Assembly: GCA_027604505.1 (NCBI GenBank) | Contig: JADIIX010000057.1 | Coordinates: 1 to 64,000 of the forward strand | Length of the DNA: 64,000 nucleotides | Source: Gonapodya sp. JEL0774 | Lineage: Eukaryota | Direction: 5' to 3' | Program-made: the position numbers and the translations under genes | The notes under the pieces: generated by a model | What the model was told of the DNA's origin: nothing | Database searches by the model: none | The model's input: only the letters and a program-made list of their open reading frames with translations | Shown: one piece after another, positions 37,089 through 50,084 of the stretch | How the letters are laid out: each line of letters starts with the position of its first letter | Position numbering within the stretch: the first letter of the stretch is position 1

Positions 37089-40000
37089 ATGAGCGCTGGA
37101 CTTGAGTTTGTGAGGAGAGCTCCTGCAGCTGGAGCAAGCGACTCCGAAGTCACCTCTCTCACACGCAACGCGAGCTCGGGTGGGGACAGTGCCGTAGTAA
37201 CTGTGCTCAGAGGCTCTCCTTCGCCAACGCCATCTTCTTTCTCTGCACGGGCACGAACCTTCTCCGTTGACTTTGGACTCCGACCGTGGAGTACGGCAAG
37301 TGGCGGTAGCTCATCTGGAAGTGTAGCTAGTGGGCAGCTGGCGGTTGGTGGTGGTGGAATCTCTGCCTCGCCGTCCATGCCGACTGGCTTTGGTGGGGGT
37401 TCTCCGGGATCGCTGGAAGTGGTGGGGACTTTGACCCCTTCGGCGAACCACCAAAAGCTTCCTGGCAGAACGAAAGGAAAGCGTGCAGAGGGAAAGCGGT
37501 CGGGAAAGGGTGGAGACAGAGGCAGTGCCGAGTCTGTCGCGGACCGAGTGAAGCGCTGGTTTCCCTTGGGTCGCAAATCGCGGAACAAGGATGGAACGGA
37601 CGCAATTTCCGAACATGCATCTGTGCAACATTCGAAACCAGAACCGTCGGACATGATCCTCTCCCCCAACTTGGAGCCGCACCCTTCCGACCTTGCGCTG
37701 TCCCCACCGACGTCTCCCATATCCCCACACGTTCGCCCCTCTTCTGCTGCGGCCACCTATCTGCCTGCATTTGTTCGTCGTGGCTCTCTTCCGGGGTGGA
37801 GCTCTCTTCCGCCTCCATCCTCGTTTTCTGACGGGGAGTACAGTGACGACGATGAAGAGGATGACATTTCAGATGAATCAGATGACGATGGAGGTGCTGC
37901 TGGTGCACTCAGCGACTCTGCAGCGTCGTACATTCGAACTCCGCGCCCTCCTCGCTTGCCTTTCTCACTGTCTCGCGTCAATCACAGTCGCACTCGATCA
38001 GAAACCATGCCGCCTTTGCAGTCCCCCACATCCGCATTCACCTCATTCAACTTCCCCATACCGTTTGTCCACCGAAACCAACAGAAGTCGCAGACCGATG
38101 TCCACTCTCGCATGTCAGGTACCCCAGATACGGATCTCGTGCGAGCTAGATCTGGAGACGACTCGGCCTCTGCTTTGTGGTCGCAACCTCCAGAGAATGC
38201 TCGTGGGAAAGTCGGACATGGCCAAATTTCATCAGATCCAACCTCACCACCATCGTCCCCGTCTTCGGCCTTCTTTTCTGGCCCACCCTTGCCATCTTCA
38301 GCGGTGCCCCAACGCTCTGATTCATTCACCACTGTGCGTTCTTCGTCATCGCTGTCAATGTCGCACCCACCACCTCGCTCTCCAGCATCCCCTGGTCCCC
38401 CGATGTTGCCGTTTGCGTCCATTCCACGTGGCTCACTACCCACAGGACCTACGCAGAGTTCACATTCCTCCCCCGCCACAATACAACCGCACTTGGCGAA
38501 TCAGTCTATGACTCCGGCGAGCAATCTCATCACTGCCTCACCCTCTCACGCACCAACTCCACCTTATTCCTCCACTCCAACGAGTATTAATGCCACAGGG
38601 CTGGATCCTGTGTCCCCAATACCACCTCCACGTGTGCGGCGTGCTGCTCCGTTACCTATACCACCAGCATTGCAAGATTCAGAATCATCTTCTGCTGACG
38701 CAGTCAACACGTCTTCTTCAGTAAATGTATCCGTTAGTTCACCTGAACACTTAACCGCAGTTCTCCTAGGACCTCGACCGCTTGCGGTGCCACCAGTTGC
38801 ACCTACCTCTTCACAAACCGGTACGGATTCCTGGACCCCTCCTCCCCGCACAGGCTCTTTGACATTCCTTGAAGTACGGCGACTTGGGGCGGGTTTATCG
38901 GACGCTGGTTCTGCGCCGTGTTCAGAAACGGTTGGTGCGGGGATAACAACTTCCCTGCCTTCTTCGGCTGCTCCACCTCATATGCCTCAACTATCTGGGG
39001 ATTTGCAAACTTCTACTGTTAATCCTCCGATAGTCCTAGAAGGGGTGTCTGGAGGCCTACACAATACCTCTCAGGCCAATGCTTCCCCGTCCACTTCCGC
39101 AACTGAGATCACCCCACTCACAACAAACACTCAGTCATCCACCGCTCCCGTCGTGGTGCCTACAAGCCCCGTGTTGGTCGGGACTGTGAGTTCTTCGCCA
39201 CATTCTGGGAGCACAACGGATGTTGCAGCACCCAACGCCCCTCGCCTCCCACCCACTGCAACCGTCTCTGCCTCTACACAGGCGAGGTGGACAGGTGCAT
39301 TGGCTGCGGCGTCTGGGAGAGTGGTCGGACGTTGGGTTGGGAAAGACAAGGGGAAGGACCATGAGAAGGATCATGAGAAGGATCGTGAGAAGGATCGTGA
39401 GAAGTCCGTCTCACGGGCACTTAGTGGAGGAGACATAAAGGTGGCAGCCAAAGAAGACGCATTTGCACCTCGCTCGCAGTCACCGGGTCGAGTGGTTGCG
39501 CCTGCAAATGAACGTTTAGTTGCAGAAAGGAGCAGCTCTCCTCTCCCCGACGGCGAATCGGAAGTATTCACCCCCATTACTGCCACAACAGTCATGGATC
39601 CTGGACGACCCCCTCTCGTGCCCACAGTGTCACACAGTTCTCAAACGTCCACTCCAAGTAGTTCTGTAGTGCCGCCGCCAACAGACGCACCATTAATTGC
39701 TCGCATTCTCGCCCAGCGTGATGCCTCACCGGTGGCTTCATCCCGGCCTTCCTCTCCGTCGTCCGTTCGTCCACCTACGCCGGTGAATTTTATGGATGAA
39801 GACGATTCTCGGTCGACAATCAATGGTCCTCCGCCGCACCTCATTGCAGCAACCCCTTCCAGGCCTGCGCGCCGACCAGCAAGGCCGCCTCCGCGTAATA
39901 TGTCTATTGCAGGAATGCCACTGGGGCGGGGTCCGAGTCTTGCGCGAGGACCCGGGGCGGGTGGAGCTTTGATGCAAGCGAAAGGGCAAAGAATGAGTGC

Positions 40001-43000
40001 GTTCCAAGTAAAAGATGAGGACGTTTACGACTTTGTGTTCAGGTGCGCGGTTGTGCCTGTGTGTGCACCTGATGGCGGTGGTACTGGAGGTGCGGTAGTT
40101 GGCGCGGAACCTTGTATCCTTCCGGTGGAATGTGTAATCCAGATACGGGATCGACTGTCAGCATTAAACAAGCACGGATGGAAACCGAAGCCGAACGATG
40201 CAAGTAGTGTGATCGCCACCTTGTGGATTGATGTTGCAAAGGAGGTGTGGGGAAAGGTTATGGGACTGAAGGGTTTCGAGCCCGCGAGACTGGTGGGGTT
40301 TAGAGAGTTTTTGGGTGGGTAGACTTGAGCAGTATCTTGTCGCTCAGGCGGGGATACTTACCCCGTTACCTAATTTAGCGGTTGTCGCTGCGGAATCCAG
40401 GCAACGCGTTCAGAGTCCTCTCCCCGAATCCTTGTCCACAGTTCCGCCTGATGCCGTGGTACTGTCTATCACCGGGCACTTTGTGTCGATTCTCCGCTCC
40501 ATTCTCACAACCATTCCTGGGCCCGTATCGGAAGAGGCACAAAACCATCCCGAGTTGAAAGGTTACGCAAAATTGGTGCAAGGTTTTGTTGGCAGTTCGG
40601 TACATAGAGATTCGGAAGGGGAAAGAGGGGACCGCGAAGATGGCGGGAGGCGAATGCATGAGTGGACCCAGACGATTTTTGCGAAAAGCTATCGTGAACA
40701 TGCGGAGACGGTTGTCAGGGAGAAAAGGAATGTGAACAAGAAAGTGAGATCATCATCTTCTTGACCGTGTTTGAGATGGACTGGATGAAGACGAAACTTA
40801 CGTATTTTGTATTCGTCCCCTAACCGCTTCCCGTGATGTCTTCAGACCATTGTCGCAGACCTCCAGCACTCCAAGACGCGCATCGAGTTCGGAGAGTTTC
40901 CTGGGCACAAGCGGGATGATTTCTTCTCAGAAGATGCTTACCTTTACTGGAAGGAGTGTTCGGTCGTCGTGATTGAGGAACTAATAAAGCATTGTAGTGC
41001 GAAGTGGCCGGAAACTGGAACCTTGCAGGCGAAGGTGAGTTGGGACGATTGAAGTGAGTGTATCCTGAGCGTCGAGAGACAATTGCTTGGTCTCTCCAGA
41101 ACCACTCCCGTCTGTCATCGGCGTCGTATTTCGTGCCGCCCGATCCGCTTGCATATTATCTCCGGCTTGTCGCCCTCTGTCTGAGTGTCGACCTTCAAGG
41201 TCATCCTCGGACATATCTTTCTCCTCTGTCACAATTATTATGTGACGAGTGCGCTGATAGATGGCAACTTTCATATCTTGCCCGAGAGTTGTGTTTGGCT
41301 CACGCAGTTGTGTCTCATGCGGTCGATACATTTGAGACTCGCGGAGCTGCCGGAATCGTCCCAGGAGCCGTCTTGAATGCTGTAGCGAAAGTGGTATTGA
41401 AAATGGCGCCGGATGAGGAGGGACCAACTGCATCAAGAGGAGAGCTGGCGTTGTACATGGACATGCTTGGTAAGCTGGATGTGCATCTCCGGGTGCAGTT
41501 CGTGTCGTACTTTTTTATGGATACCCAGGTATCCACACCATCGGAGGTTGATCTGACATGCCGAACGCTAGCTGTAGTATACTCTGATAGCCTCTATAGA
41601 CTGTCTCGAGGTGTCAAATCTGGCCGCCAGAGTGTCGCAGAGAGCGATGCTGTCGAAACACTGAGGCTCTTGGTTCTCGAGGCGGTCAGCAAACGGTACG
41701 AGAAGATTGCAGCGGACGAGGAGAGTAGGGATCCTGTTCACGGTGGGGATCACAACAAGGATGTGGCAAGGTTGAATATGCTGTTGAGGTTGGCGAAATC
41801 GATCAGGGAGGAAGTCCAAAGTTACATGTTCAAGTTCCCTCATTTGCTTCTCGGGTGAGTCACCATGAACCCGCCCTTTCTTTGTGACTCTGTTGACCAG
41901 TTATCAATGGAGCAGCAACATCGACGTGGTAGAGCTAGCCTGCTCGACTATTCTACGGAATTATTTCATATTGGAGATGGAAAACAACAAATTTAGCCTT
42001 GGGGCGGCCAAAGACGAAACGATACATGATTTGAGTGAGCTTTTCGGTATCACAGGGCAGTTTTACAAGGTACTTCCGTTGAGGCAGATTTCCTTCCGCC
42101 AAAAGACTTGTTCGTGATGTGACGAACCTCCCTTTTGTTCTTTAAACAGGTCGTAAAAACTCTCCAGCAACTTATCGGAGCTCATCAGTTGGAGCCGACG
42201 AAGAGTTCGAGTAATCGAATGGACTTCGCAGTAGAGAAGTGGTCGGAGCCTCTTGTTGATCGCTGGCTTACAGTTATGGAGAGGACGATGAAGCAAGTGG
42301 TAACCGCCTATGTACAAGCGGATGAGGTGAGATGCCAAATCAATTGCTCATGCACACCGCAAATAAATGACTTGTCCGCTTATGCTCAGCATATTCCTCT
42401 TGCTCCGCCGGACTCGTTGTTTTCAACTTCCGTCATTGATGTATTCGCGTCCACTAATGAGGCATTGCAGCTCGTGCTGGATTTGCACTGGCCTGCAATT
42501 TCCACTCAAGCAAGATTCTTATGTCGTCTCTCGAAGATCATTGAGTTCATCATCTCCTCGTACCTCGAGGCGGAGCTCGGAAAACTTGAGCAATTGGAAA
42601 ACAGGAATCGAGTTGATTTGGGCAAAGGGCTACAGTTGACAAAAGAGGCAAGTGGAGATCTCGAAGGGGGGTTTATTGGTGACTCAACTAATGTTACATT
42701 TTGTTTAGCTTTGCGTTACGATCAATAATATCCGTGCGGCATGGGAGCGCCTTGCTGACACTATGGAATTGCTCAAGATTGACCAATACTCGGAGCACGT
42801 TCCGCAACCCCCTGCAATGAGTAGGGAGGAATACGTGCCCATCTCCCGTCAAGCCACCTACACGCTAAAAATTTTGAGAGGGCGGAATCTCCGTGCACCA
42901 TCCTTCGCGGGAGCCGCCGGTGAAATGAACGCGGAGTAGGTGCAACATTCTCTCACTGATGCTTCCAAGTACTAATCTTCATGATTGTTAACCAGATACT

Positions 43001-44680
43001 ATTGCTTGGTGCGTATAGCTGGTCCCTATGCCAAACACTACCACAAAGAGTGGCAGAAAGAGAAGCAACGTCGTAAGGATGCAGGGTTACCACCTGTTAA
43101 GCCTCCCCACAACATCAATGATTTGGACCCAGATGTGATATATCGTACTCAAACAGCGACTGACGGGCTTGTGGGCGGGGGTGGAGACCCTAACTGGAAT
43201 GAAGTCTGCACGGTTACATCTGCGCCCGATATCACATTCGCGGAATTGGAGATTCTCATTTTCTCGCAGCCTACCAGCACTGTCGCAAAAGCGAGTCATG
43301 TTGCCCTTGATCCTGATAGCTTCGAAGGGGAAAAACTCGTCGGAACCATACCCTTAGTGCTTTCGTTTTCGCCATTTCCAATTCCGGGTCCGACTCCTGA
43401 CCACGTTGTTGTTTCTGGTCTCGACGATTTCTTGCCCCAAGAGCAAGTTCTTCCGGTTATGGACGCTCGTGATGGGTCTCGAGCGGGGTGGCTCTGGATA
43501 CAACTTTATCGAAATGGGGCAGCTCAGAGTGCGGAAATGCAGTCTGACATGCAATTTTGGGTGGATCGGGCGTTGAAGGAATGTGAACTGGCAATGATGA
43601 ATAGCGTCCGCATTGTTACAGAGCAGGTTGCCCGATATATTGCGTACCAAATCGGAAAGGCGGTTCAGAGGAATGCTGGTGACACAACCACCGAACGAAT
43701 GGAAGACAGCCTGCACGATCTTCTGTTCCAGTATATTGATGACACTTTCTCTACGTTGAACTCACATATTTCACGAGGAGTCAGTCGTTGGACTGCGGAG
43801 CGTTTCAAGCTGCAAATCCTCAGAGATCCCACTACCGGACGATCGATCTATCTCCCGAATTTCATCATTCTCCATGTCTGGAACCAAGTCCTGGAGTACC
43901 TGCAGAACGGTATAGTGGGAGCGATCAAGAAGTGGAGTGCGGGAAACATCGTGGAAGTTGGCTTTATGGGCATGAAGATGATGGGATCCAAATACTTTTC
44001 CAGCGTCTCAAGAACAGACCTTCCCTATGAGTCGTTGGCGGTGTGGCTGGAGACCCGCAAGTTAGGAGTCGCGAACTGCCTGTGGGAAGCGGTGGAAGTC
44101 TTGAAGGCATTGTTTTACTGTGAAGGTTCGTGCCAGCAAAGTCAATGCATCAGACAAGCTAATAACCACCTTTTCTATGAACTGGTTAAACTTAAAAGTT
44201 GACGATGTACGATATGGCTTTGACATATGTCAATTGGAGACCGACAGTTACAAACGCATGAAATCCTGGATCGAAACTCAGCGCCTTGAATCTATGAACA
44301 GGATTAACGAAGAGATTATGGTGGCCAAGTCTAAAGCTTTCGCATCAACAAAGTCAAAATCACAATATGTCCCAGAAAGCCCTTCAAATGGTCCAATTCT
44401 CTCTACGATAGGGGCGGCCGCGTGGCGATATGCAAGTAGTCCATCAGCTCGACCTGAAGACAGCCAACGAGATGGTTTGTCTGCAGTTGGAGTTGGACGA
44501 GACCATTCCGGCTTGGGCACGCTTTCTGACCAGTGGTCCCGTGCGAGAAACGGGATGGGACATTGGTGGAGTTCTGGGTTATCAAGTACGAATGGCAGCA
44601 CAGAAAGTGGTAATTTGAATGATGACTTTAAGCCAAGTGTGATTGTGCTAATAGCGGACTTTTTCGTTCTCATAAGATAA
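37089..44680 (+). CDS. Munc13-like MUN/C2 protein, paralog B (fungal Git1/Ync13/YOR296W-type), with a ~970-aa Ser/Pro-rich N-terminal extension
   Basis: DDFFSEDAYLYWKE; FVPPDPLAYY…ECADRWQL; MHD1-like STSVIDVFAS…LDLHWP…RFLCRLSKII…LCVTINNI; central C2 TYTLKILRGRNL…DPNWNE; MHD2-like LFQYIDDTFSTLN…VEVLKALFYCE. Confidence 0.85.
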
Positions 44681-44941
44681 CCCCGGACACTGACTCATTC
44701 CCGGCGTTTGCCTTAAATATGATATCACATACCAACGTTTCGATAATGGTGAAGCTCATGTACAGATCTTCTTTCTTCTTTTGGACTTTTTTTGGTGGTT
44801 ATTGGCTGGCCAGTCTATATTTATTTATCTCTGTAGGACAGTTCGCATCCGCGCGATTTGCATTGTATCATCGCTGCAGATCAGTCACGCACATGTAATG
44901 GAATCAATTGCCTCCGCATCAAAACTTTACCATAAAAAGGG

Positions 44942-47137
44942 TTATGTCCCTTCCTCGGCGGATTCAATCTCGCTTCGGCATTTCTCCACGAATGCCACGA
45001 TTTCACACACCCTCATCCTATTCCTATTCCACTCTCCCTCGTGAGTACCTTGAATGGCCATCTCGAGGTCTTTCATGTGCCCGCTCGAAAGCATGTCTTC
45101 CTCGTGGTCCACCTTGGAGATGCGCGCGTCGTGGGAAGCATTGACGAGATTAGCAAGAGCATCCTTATCAGACAGGAGCTTGTGAATTTAACGCGCAAAG
45201 AGACGATGTTGGTGTCGCAATTCTTTTAGTGCAAATGCCCGCTCTCAAATCCACCTACGTCGCGTGTGTCATCATCGATATCATCCATGTCTCCCTTGAC
45301 TATCCGGTCAAACGCTGTCATGACCACATCGTTAAGTTTTTCTTGGAATTCGTTTTCAAGCTCACGCATACGAGCATAGCTGTTCATTGGTAGGGATTAG
45401 CACGCTGTCAGATCCACAGCAGGACTCCAGCGTCTCACCTCGACTGTGCGAACTCGTTAACTGCTTGAATAAGCTCCGCATATGCCTTCTCAAAATCGCG
45501 AATAACATCCTAAACGACAGTATTGGGTTCAACATCACCAGCATCATGATTCTGTTGTCGCAAAAGACTAACTTCAAACTGCTCCACCAGCGTCATCTCT
45601 GCGGCCATCAGCTTGTTCGACAGTGTATCCAGCTCTTCCTTGAGTGAGGACAAAGCGTTGTCGATGTCGGCAGCTGAGTGGGATGTGAGGACGGTGCGGA
45701 GGTTCTAGGAAAGGAAGCACGAGAACGAGCAGGTAACCCAGCACAGAGTTGAGCAGTTGACCAGTCTACCCACGATCTTTTTGGAATGCTGAAAATCCTC
45801 TATCCAAATCAAAGCCTCTGCATCTGTATCCCTCTTCGCCTCTCCCAAACACCGCTGAAACACTTCGATTTCCTCCTCGCGCTCTCTGGCTTTCTTGAGT
45901 ACAAAGTTTGCTAGATCCGTCACCACTGGTGCAAACTTAGCTCGGTAGTCTTCCACACAGGCGGCAACAAGGTCTCGGGCAAGGGGGACGAATCGTTGGA
46001 AGTCGGGTTCGCAAAAGAAGGAGTCGAAAAGGGAGAGGAGAGAAGGGATGTGAGCTTTCTAAGGAAGCATACGTGCAGGTAAGTATCGTTTCTTCCTTTT
46101 CAAGTGTTGTGTGGATATCTGGCTCACCGCGTAAAGCGCCGCGACCAGCCCGGATTTTTTCGCTTCTTCCTTCTTGTTTGTCAGGACTTTCTCTTCTTCT
46201 TCCATGGCAATCAGGTTGTCAATGAATTGCTCGCGTGCCTTTCTAACCTTCGTCCGGGAGTAAGTTCCGTTTCCATTTGGCTGAGTGCTTTCGTTTCGAC
46301 AAACCTGTTCCCGCTCTACCAGGCGATAATCCAGGTACTTGATTTTAGGCAAGTGGGCGAGAATATAACTTGCATAATTTGGGTCTTTCGCGATCTCATT
46401 GCCGGTGCAGTTGATGACACGGAGGCTTTCAAATCGTCGTAGATAAGCCAACTTGTTCGGATGAGAATTGGAGTAGTGAAAGTTTAATGCCACATGTGTG
46501 CCTACAAGCAACCTCAATGCGAAGAGTTTACATTCTCAAGCTCGGTGACTTGATTATTTCCAATAGAGAAAACTTGGAGATTTGCAAGAGCGTCTAGGTT
46601 TTCAATTTTTGAGATGCGATTGGAGAAGAGTGAGAGGTCGGTGAGCTTGTTAAGTGCGTCTAAACCCTCGATGATTGTTATATTGTTGAATGAAAGGTCT
46701 TGTGAAGTGTCCGGGTGCAAAAGTTTGAACCGAGAGTCTCAACAAGTTGCAGGTACGCTCTTCCTCACCCAGCCAAGTCAGGTTCACCAAGTGCCCCAGA
46801 TTCTCTATCTTCTCAATGATGTTGTTGTCCAGCTGCAGTTTTGTGAGGTTTATGAATTCCCAAAGGTTGTCAATCTTGAGGATGTCTTGTGCGGTAGAAT
46901 CCGCACGCCGAACAAACCACGGATACGGTCAGGTTTCACGGGTTTTTTTCAGTCAATGTGAGTCTTTCATTCATTCTTCGGCGTACTTTTGAAGTCAAGT
47001 CTGAGATTGAGTACATCAACTGTGTCGATGCCTTCTTTGCGCGCGATGTCCGCAACCTCTGGAATGACCTGTTCTGCCATCGCCTTGCTCAGCATTTCTT
47101 CATCGATGACGGATGGCTCCACGCTGTTGTACGACAT
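44942..47137 (-). CDS. DRC3: Dynein regulatory complex subunit 3 (LRRC48), axonemal
   Basis: [10 protein letters not shown]…LRLDFK-(N)[29 protein letters not shown]…LDLSFNNI…LAYLRRF…YLDYRLV followed by a coiled-coil C-terminus (…RNRMRVCEI…). Confidence 0.92.
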
Positions 47138-47594
47138 CCTTGCCGGGGAACAGGATACGTGGGACTGATGAAACTGGGGGATCTGGCAGCAGTACTCTAC
47201 TGCCAACAAATGTTGTGAATTCCAAACCCTCGTGCTCCAGGAATTTGAAATCTGTGCAAATCACACCAGCGCCAATCTCTTGAGAGAGAACATTCTCGCC
47301 GCAAATTGCAGCACCCTTTTGGGAGTGTGTCCGAATCAAACTGCTGGAGACCATCCAATGCTCATCACAACGAAAATGTCGCGTCCAGGACTTCCTAGAG
47401 ATTCAGCTGTAAACCTTGAGAAAATTATTCGAACTCCTTCGCTTCAAGATAAGAATGAAAAGCATGCACCAGAAGCGGGGTGCTCGCTTCATCGGCGACC
47501 TGAGCCAACTAGTGCCTTCGTAATAGTCGCGAATCTGGCAAATCGACCGGACTGGGACTTGTCTTGTACAAAGAAAGTACAATTAACTCAAAGA

Positions 47595-49917
47595 ATGACT
47601 CGGAAGGACGTGGGACCATCGGGGAAAAGAACATCATTGGCAGACCGAATGGGCACAGAGCCAATCCATGGCTGGAGAAGGCTTTACTTGTACATTCTAA
47701 TGACATTAATGGGGAATCTCATCGCACCAGCAATGGCTCAATCATCCCTAGCGCTCTCTGCTGTTAACCTATACACGTGCGACTTCACCTTCCCCTCCAC
47801 CTCCTCCCCATCACTCACAACTCCCTCAACCGAATTCCGTCTTAACACATTCATCCCTGGGGCACAGTCCTCTCCCTCGATGGCCAATATGCCTGGTCAG
47901 CCGGGTCGCTTTGTCGCGGCTTGGGCTTCGAGTGGGCAGGACAGTTCGGGACTGGGCGTGTTTGCGCAGATGTTTGACGTTGGAGCAGGACTGTCGTCCG
48001 TTCCCGCCTTCGTTGGAGGAGAGGTTAGGGTTAATACAGTGACGGTAAATGGTTGGTGATCTCGATGGTGATGTGCATGAGAGCGAACCCTCTTCTTCTC
48101 GCTTGGCGACGAAATAACCACATCTCATCTTAAAACCACACGCAGACCAGGCGTTCCCTTCTATCGCCATCCTTCCCTCCTCCACTGTGCTGGTCAGCTA
48201 CGAGTCCTCCGTTACCAATCTCTCCTCCACGTCTCCCAACCTCCGGGACCAGAAAATCATGGCACAGATACTCACGTCCACCTTAACCCTCTCCGGATCA
48301 GAAATCGTAATCTCTTCTAATCCTTTCGTAAACGTTGCACCCACTGCAATTGCCCTGGCCAGCAATACAGAGCAATCAGCAGACTGTTTTGCGGTCGTCT
48401 ACATCGTGTGGAACCAAGTCTCGGCTACACGCACCGTTCGGTCTCGCATCCTCTGGGCCACCAACGGAACATTTCGCACCCCAGAATTCACGATTAACCC
48501 CGTGAGTCTCCCTGCCTCAACAGCCACGGTGTCGGCCTCTGCGCTCTCGTTGTACGGTGGAAGCTTTGTAGTGGTGTGGCCTGCATCCGTGGGAGGTGTT
48601 GACGTTCTGTTTGCTCAAGTGGTAGCGTCAGATGGGAGGAAAGTGGGTCCAGAGTTCACCGTCACTGACGCTGGTGGTGCGACAAGCCGACAAACCGAGG
48701 CGTCTGCCGTGGTGTTGAAGAACGGGGCATTGGCGATTCCTTTCACCGCAGTGGACACCGTCTCTGGTGGGGGCACAGTACCTGCCAACCGCGTCGAAGT
48801 ACAGGCTTTTGACAGCTTTCGAGCCAGGTCTATTTCCTCCGTAAGGACTTCGCGCTTACCTGGCGTCGTGGTCTCGCAACCGAAGGGGATTCAAGTATCC
48901 TCGGGAGCTTTGCTCATCGTATATGCTGCCACTCTCACATCACAACCCCTCGTTGACTACAAGATCTTCATCGACGTCATGGATCCATTCACCGGTGCTG
49001 TGCGTCCATCCACCGTACAAGTCACTCTTTCAGCGAACGGGTCACAAACTCAACCTTCCGTGATCGTGGTGACCAAAGGCACCTCTGAATATGTTGTGTT
49101 GGCGTGGGCGAGCCAGGGTCAAGATCCGGACGGATCAACTGGAGTTTACGGTAGGATGATGAAGTGCACGGTTCCCTTAGACTGCATAATTTCAGCTTGG
49201 AGTGCTTGGTCAACTTGTTCCAAGGTGAGCGATCAAATGACTCAACAGTGTTTGTGAGTGATAAATTGGAACCTGACAATACAACCCCAGCCCTGCAATG
49301 GTGGCTTCCAGACTCGCACTCGCACCATAATTCGACCAGCTTCTAATGGGGGAGCATCTTGCCCATCTTTGACTGAGATTCGTACCTGCGGCAACACTCA
49401 ATGTGACGGTTGCGACACCTGTGTGGGAGATACCTGTTACGTGTTCCTCGAGGGGAAGTACACGTACTCGGACGGAGATGCAGCCTGCGCGGCACTAGGG
49501 AATGGGGTAACAGTAGCTCAAGGTTCGTGAACTCCGTGTCTTTGTATTACGTGTACCGTTTTTGACGGTACTCAACACACTAATTGGGTCTTCAGTCCCT
49601 GATGCTGGCACACGATCCTTCTTGGTAAATTCCTTCCTTGTGTCAGACACCACACCGACAGGTCTCTCTGGGTGGGTAAGTGCATGGTCCGGGATTCTGT
49701 CTAGAACGTCGCCGGCGTCACCAGCACAGTGTTTGAGCTTGACGTCGATATACGGGAACGCGGTAGTAGAGACACCTGACGGTGGATGCGGAAGCACGAG
49801 GTCTGGTGAGTTCAGAGATTCAACCCTACATTTTTCTCTTTTTGGTCAATCTAAACTCAACCTTGTTGATTAATATCAGTGCTATGCCAACGGCGAAGCA
49901 CCTTCTGCACATTTTGA
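47595..49917 (+). CDS. Secreted mosaic protein: bacterial-type beta-rich repeats + thrombospondin type-1 (spondin-like) domain + C-type lectin-like domain
   Basis: Signal-like LYLYILMTLMGNLIAPAMA; repeats EFRLNTFIPGAQSSPSMA…FVAAWASSGQDSSGLGVFAQMFD; TSP1 DCIISAWSAWSTCSK-PCNGGFQTRTRTI…GGASCPSLTEIRTCGNTQC; CTLD-like CYVF…TYSDGDAACAALG…W…C…C…VLCQ. An alternative start is at 47649. Confidence 0.85.
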
Positions 49918-50084
49918 AACCGTTTGACGATGACATTTCCGTGAAAAACACAATTTGGACGTCTTTAAATATGTTTATCACTAGGGTTCGGAAACCCGAC
50001 CACGTACAATTGTATACGACTACTGTAGAAGTTGTAGGACTTGAATGGTGTAACTAAATAGAAAAAGAAGTCCGAGCATCTAAG

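Noticed and set aside
39352..39404. 12-nt tandem repeat (AAGGATCATGAG-type)
   Set aside because: Ordinary coding KDHE/KDRE charged repeat within the disordered part of paralog B
47700..49160. Bacterial contamination as the source of the bacterial-type repeats
   Set aside because: The gene has GT-AG introns and is contiguous with clearly eukaryotic neighbours
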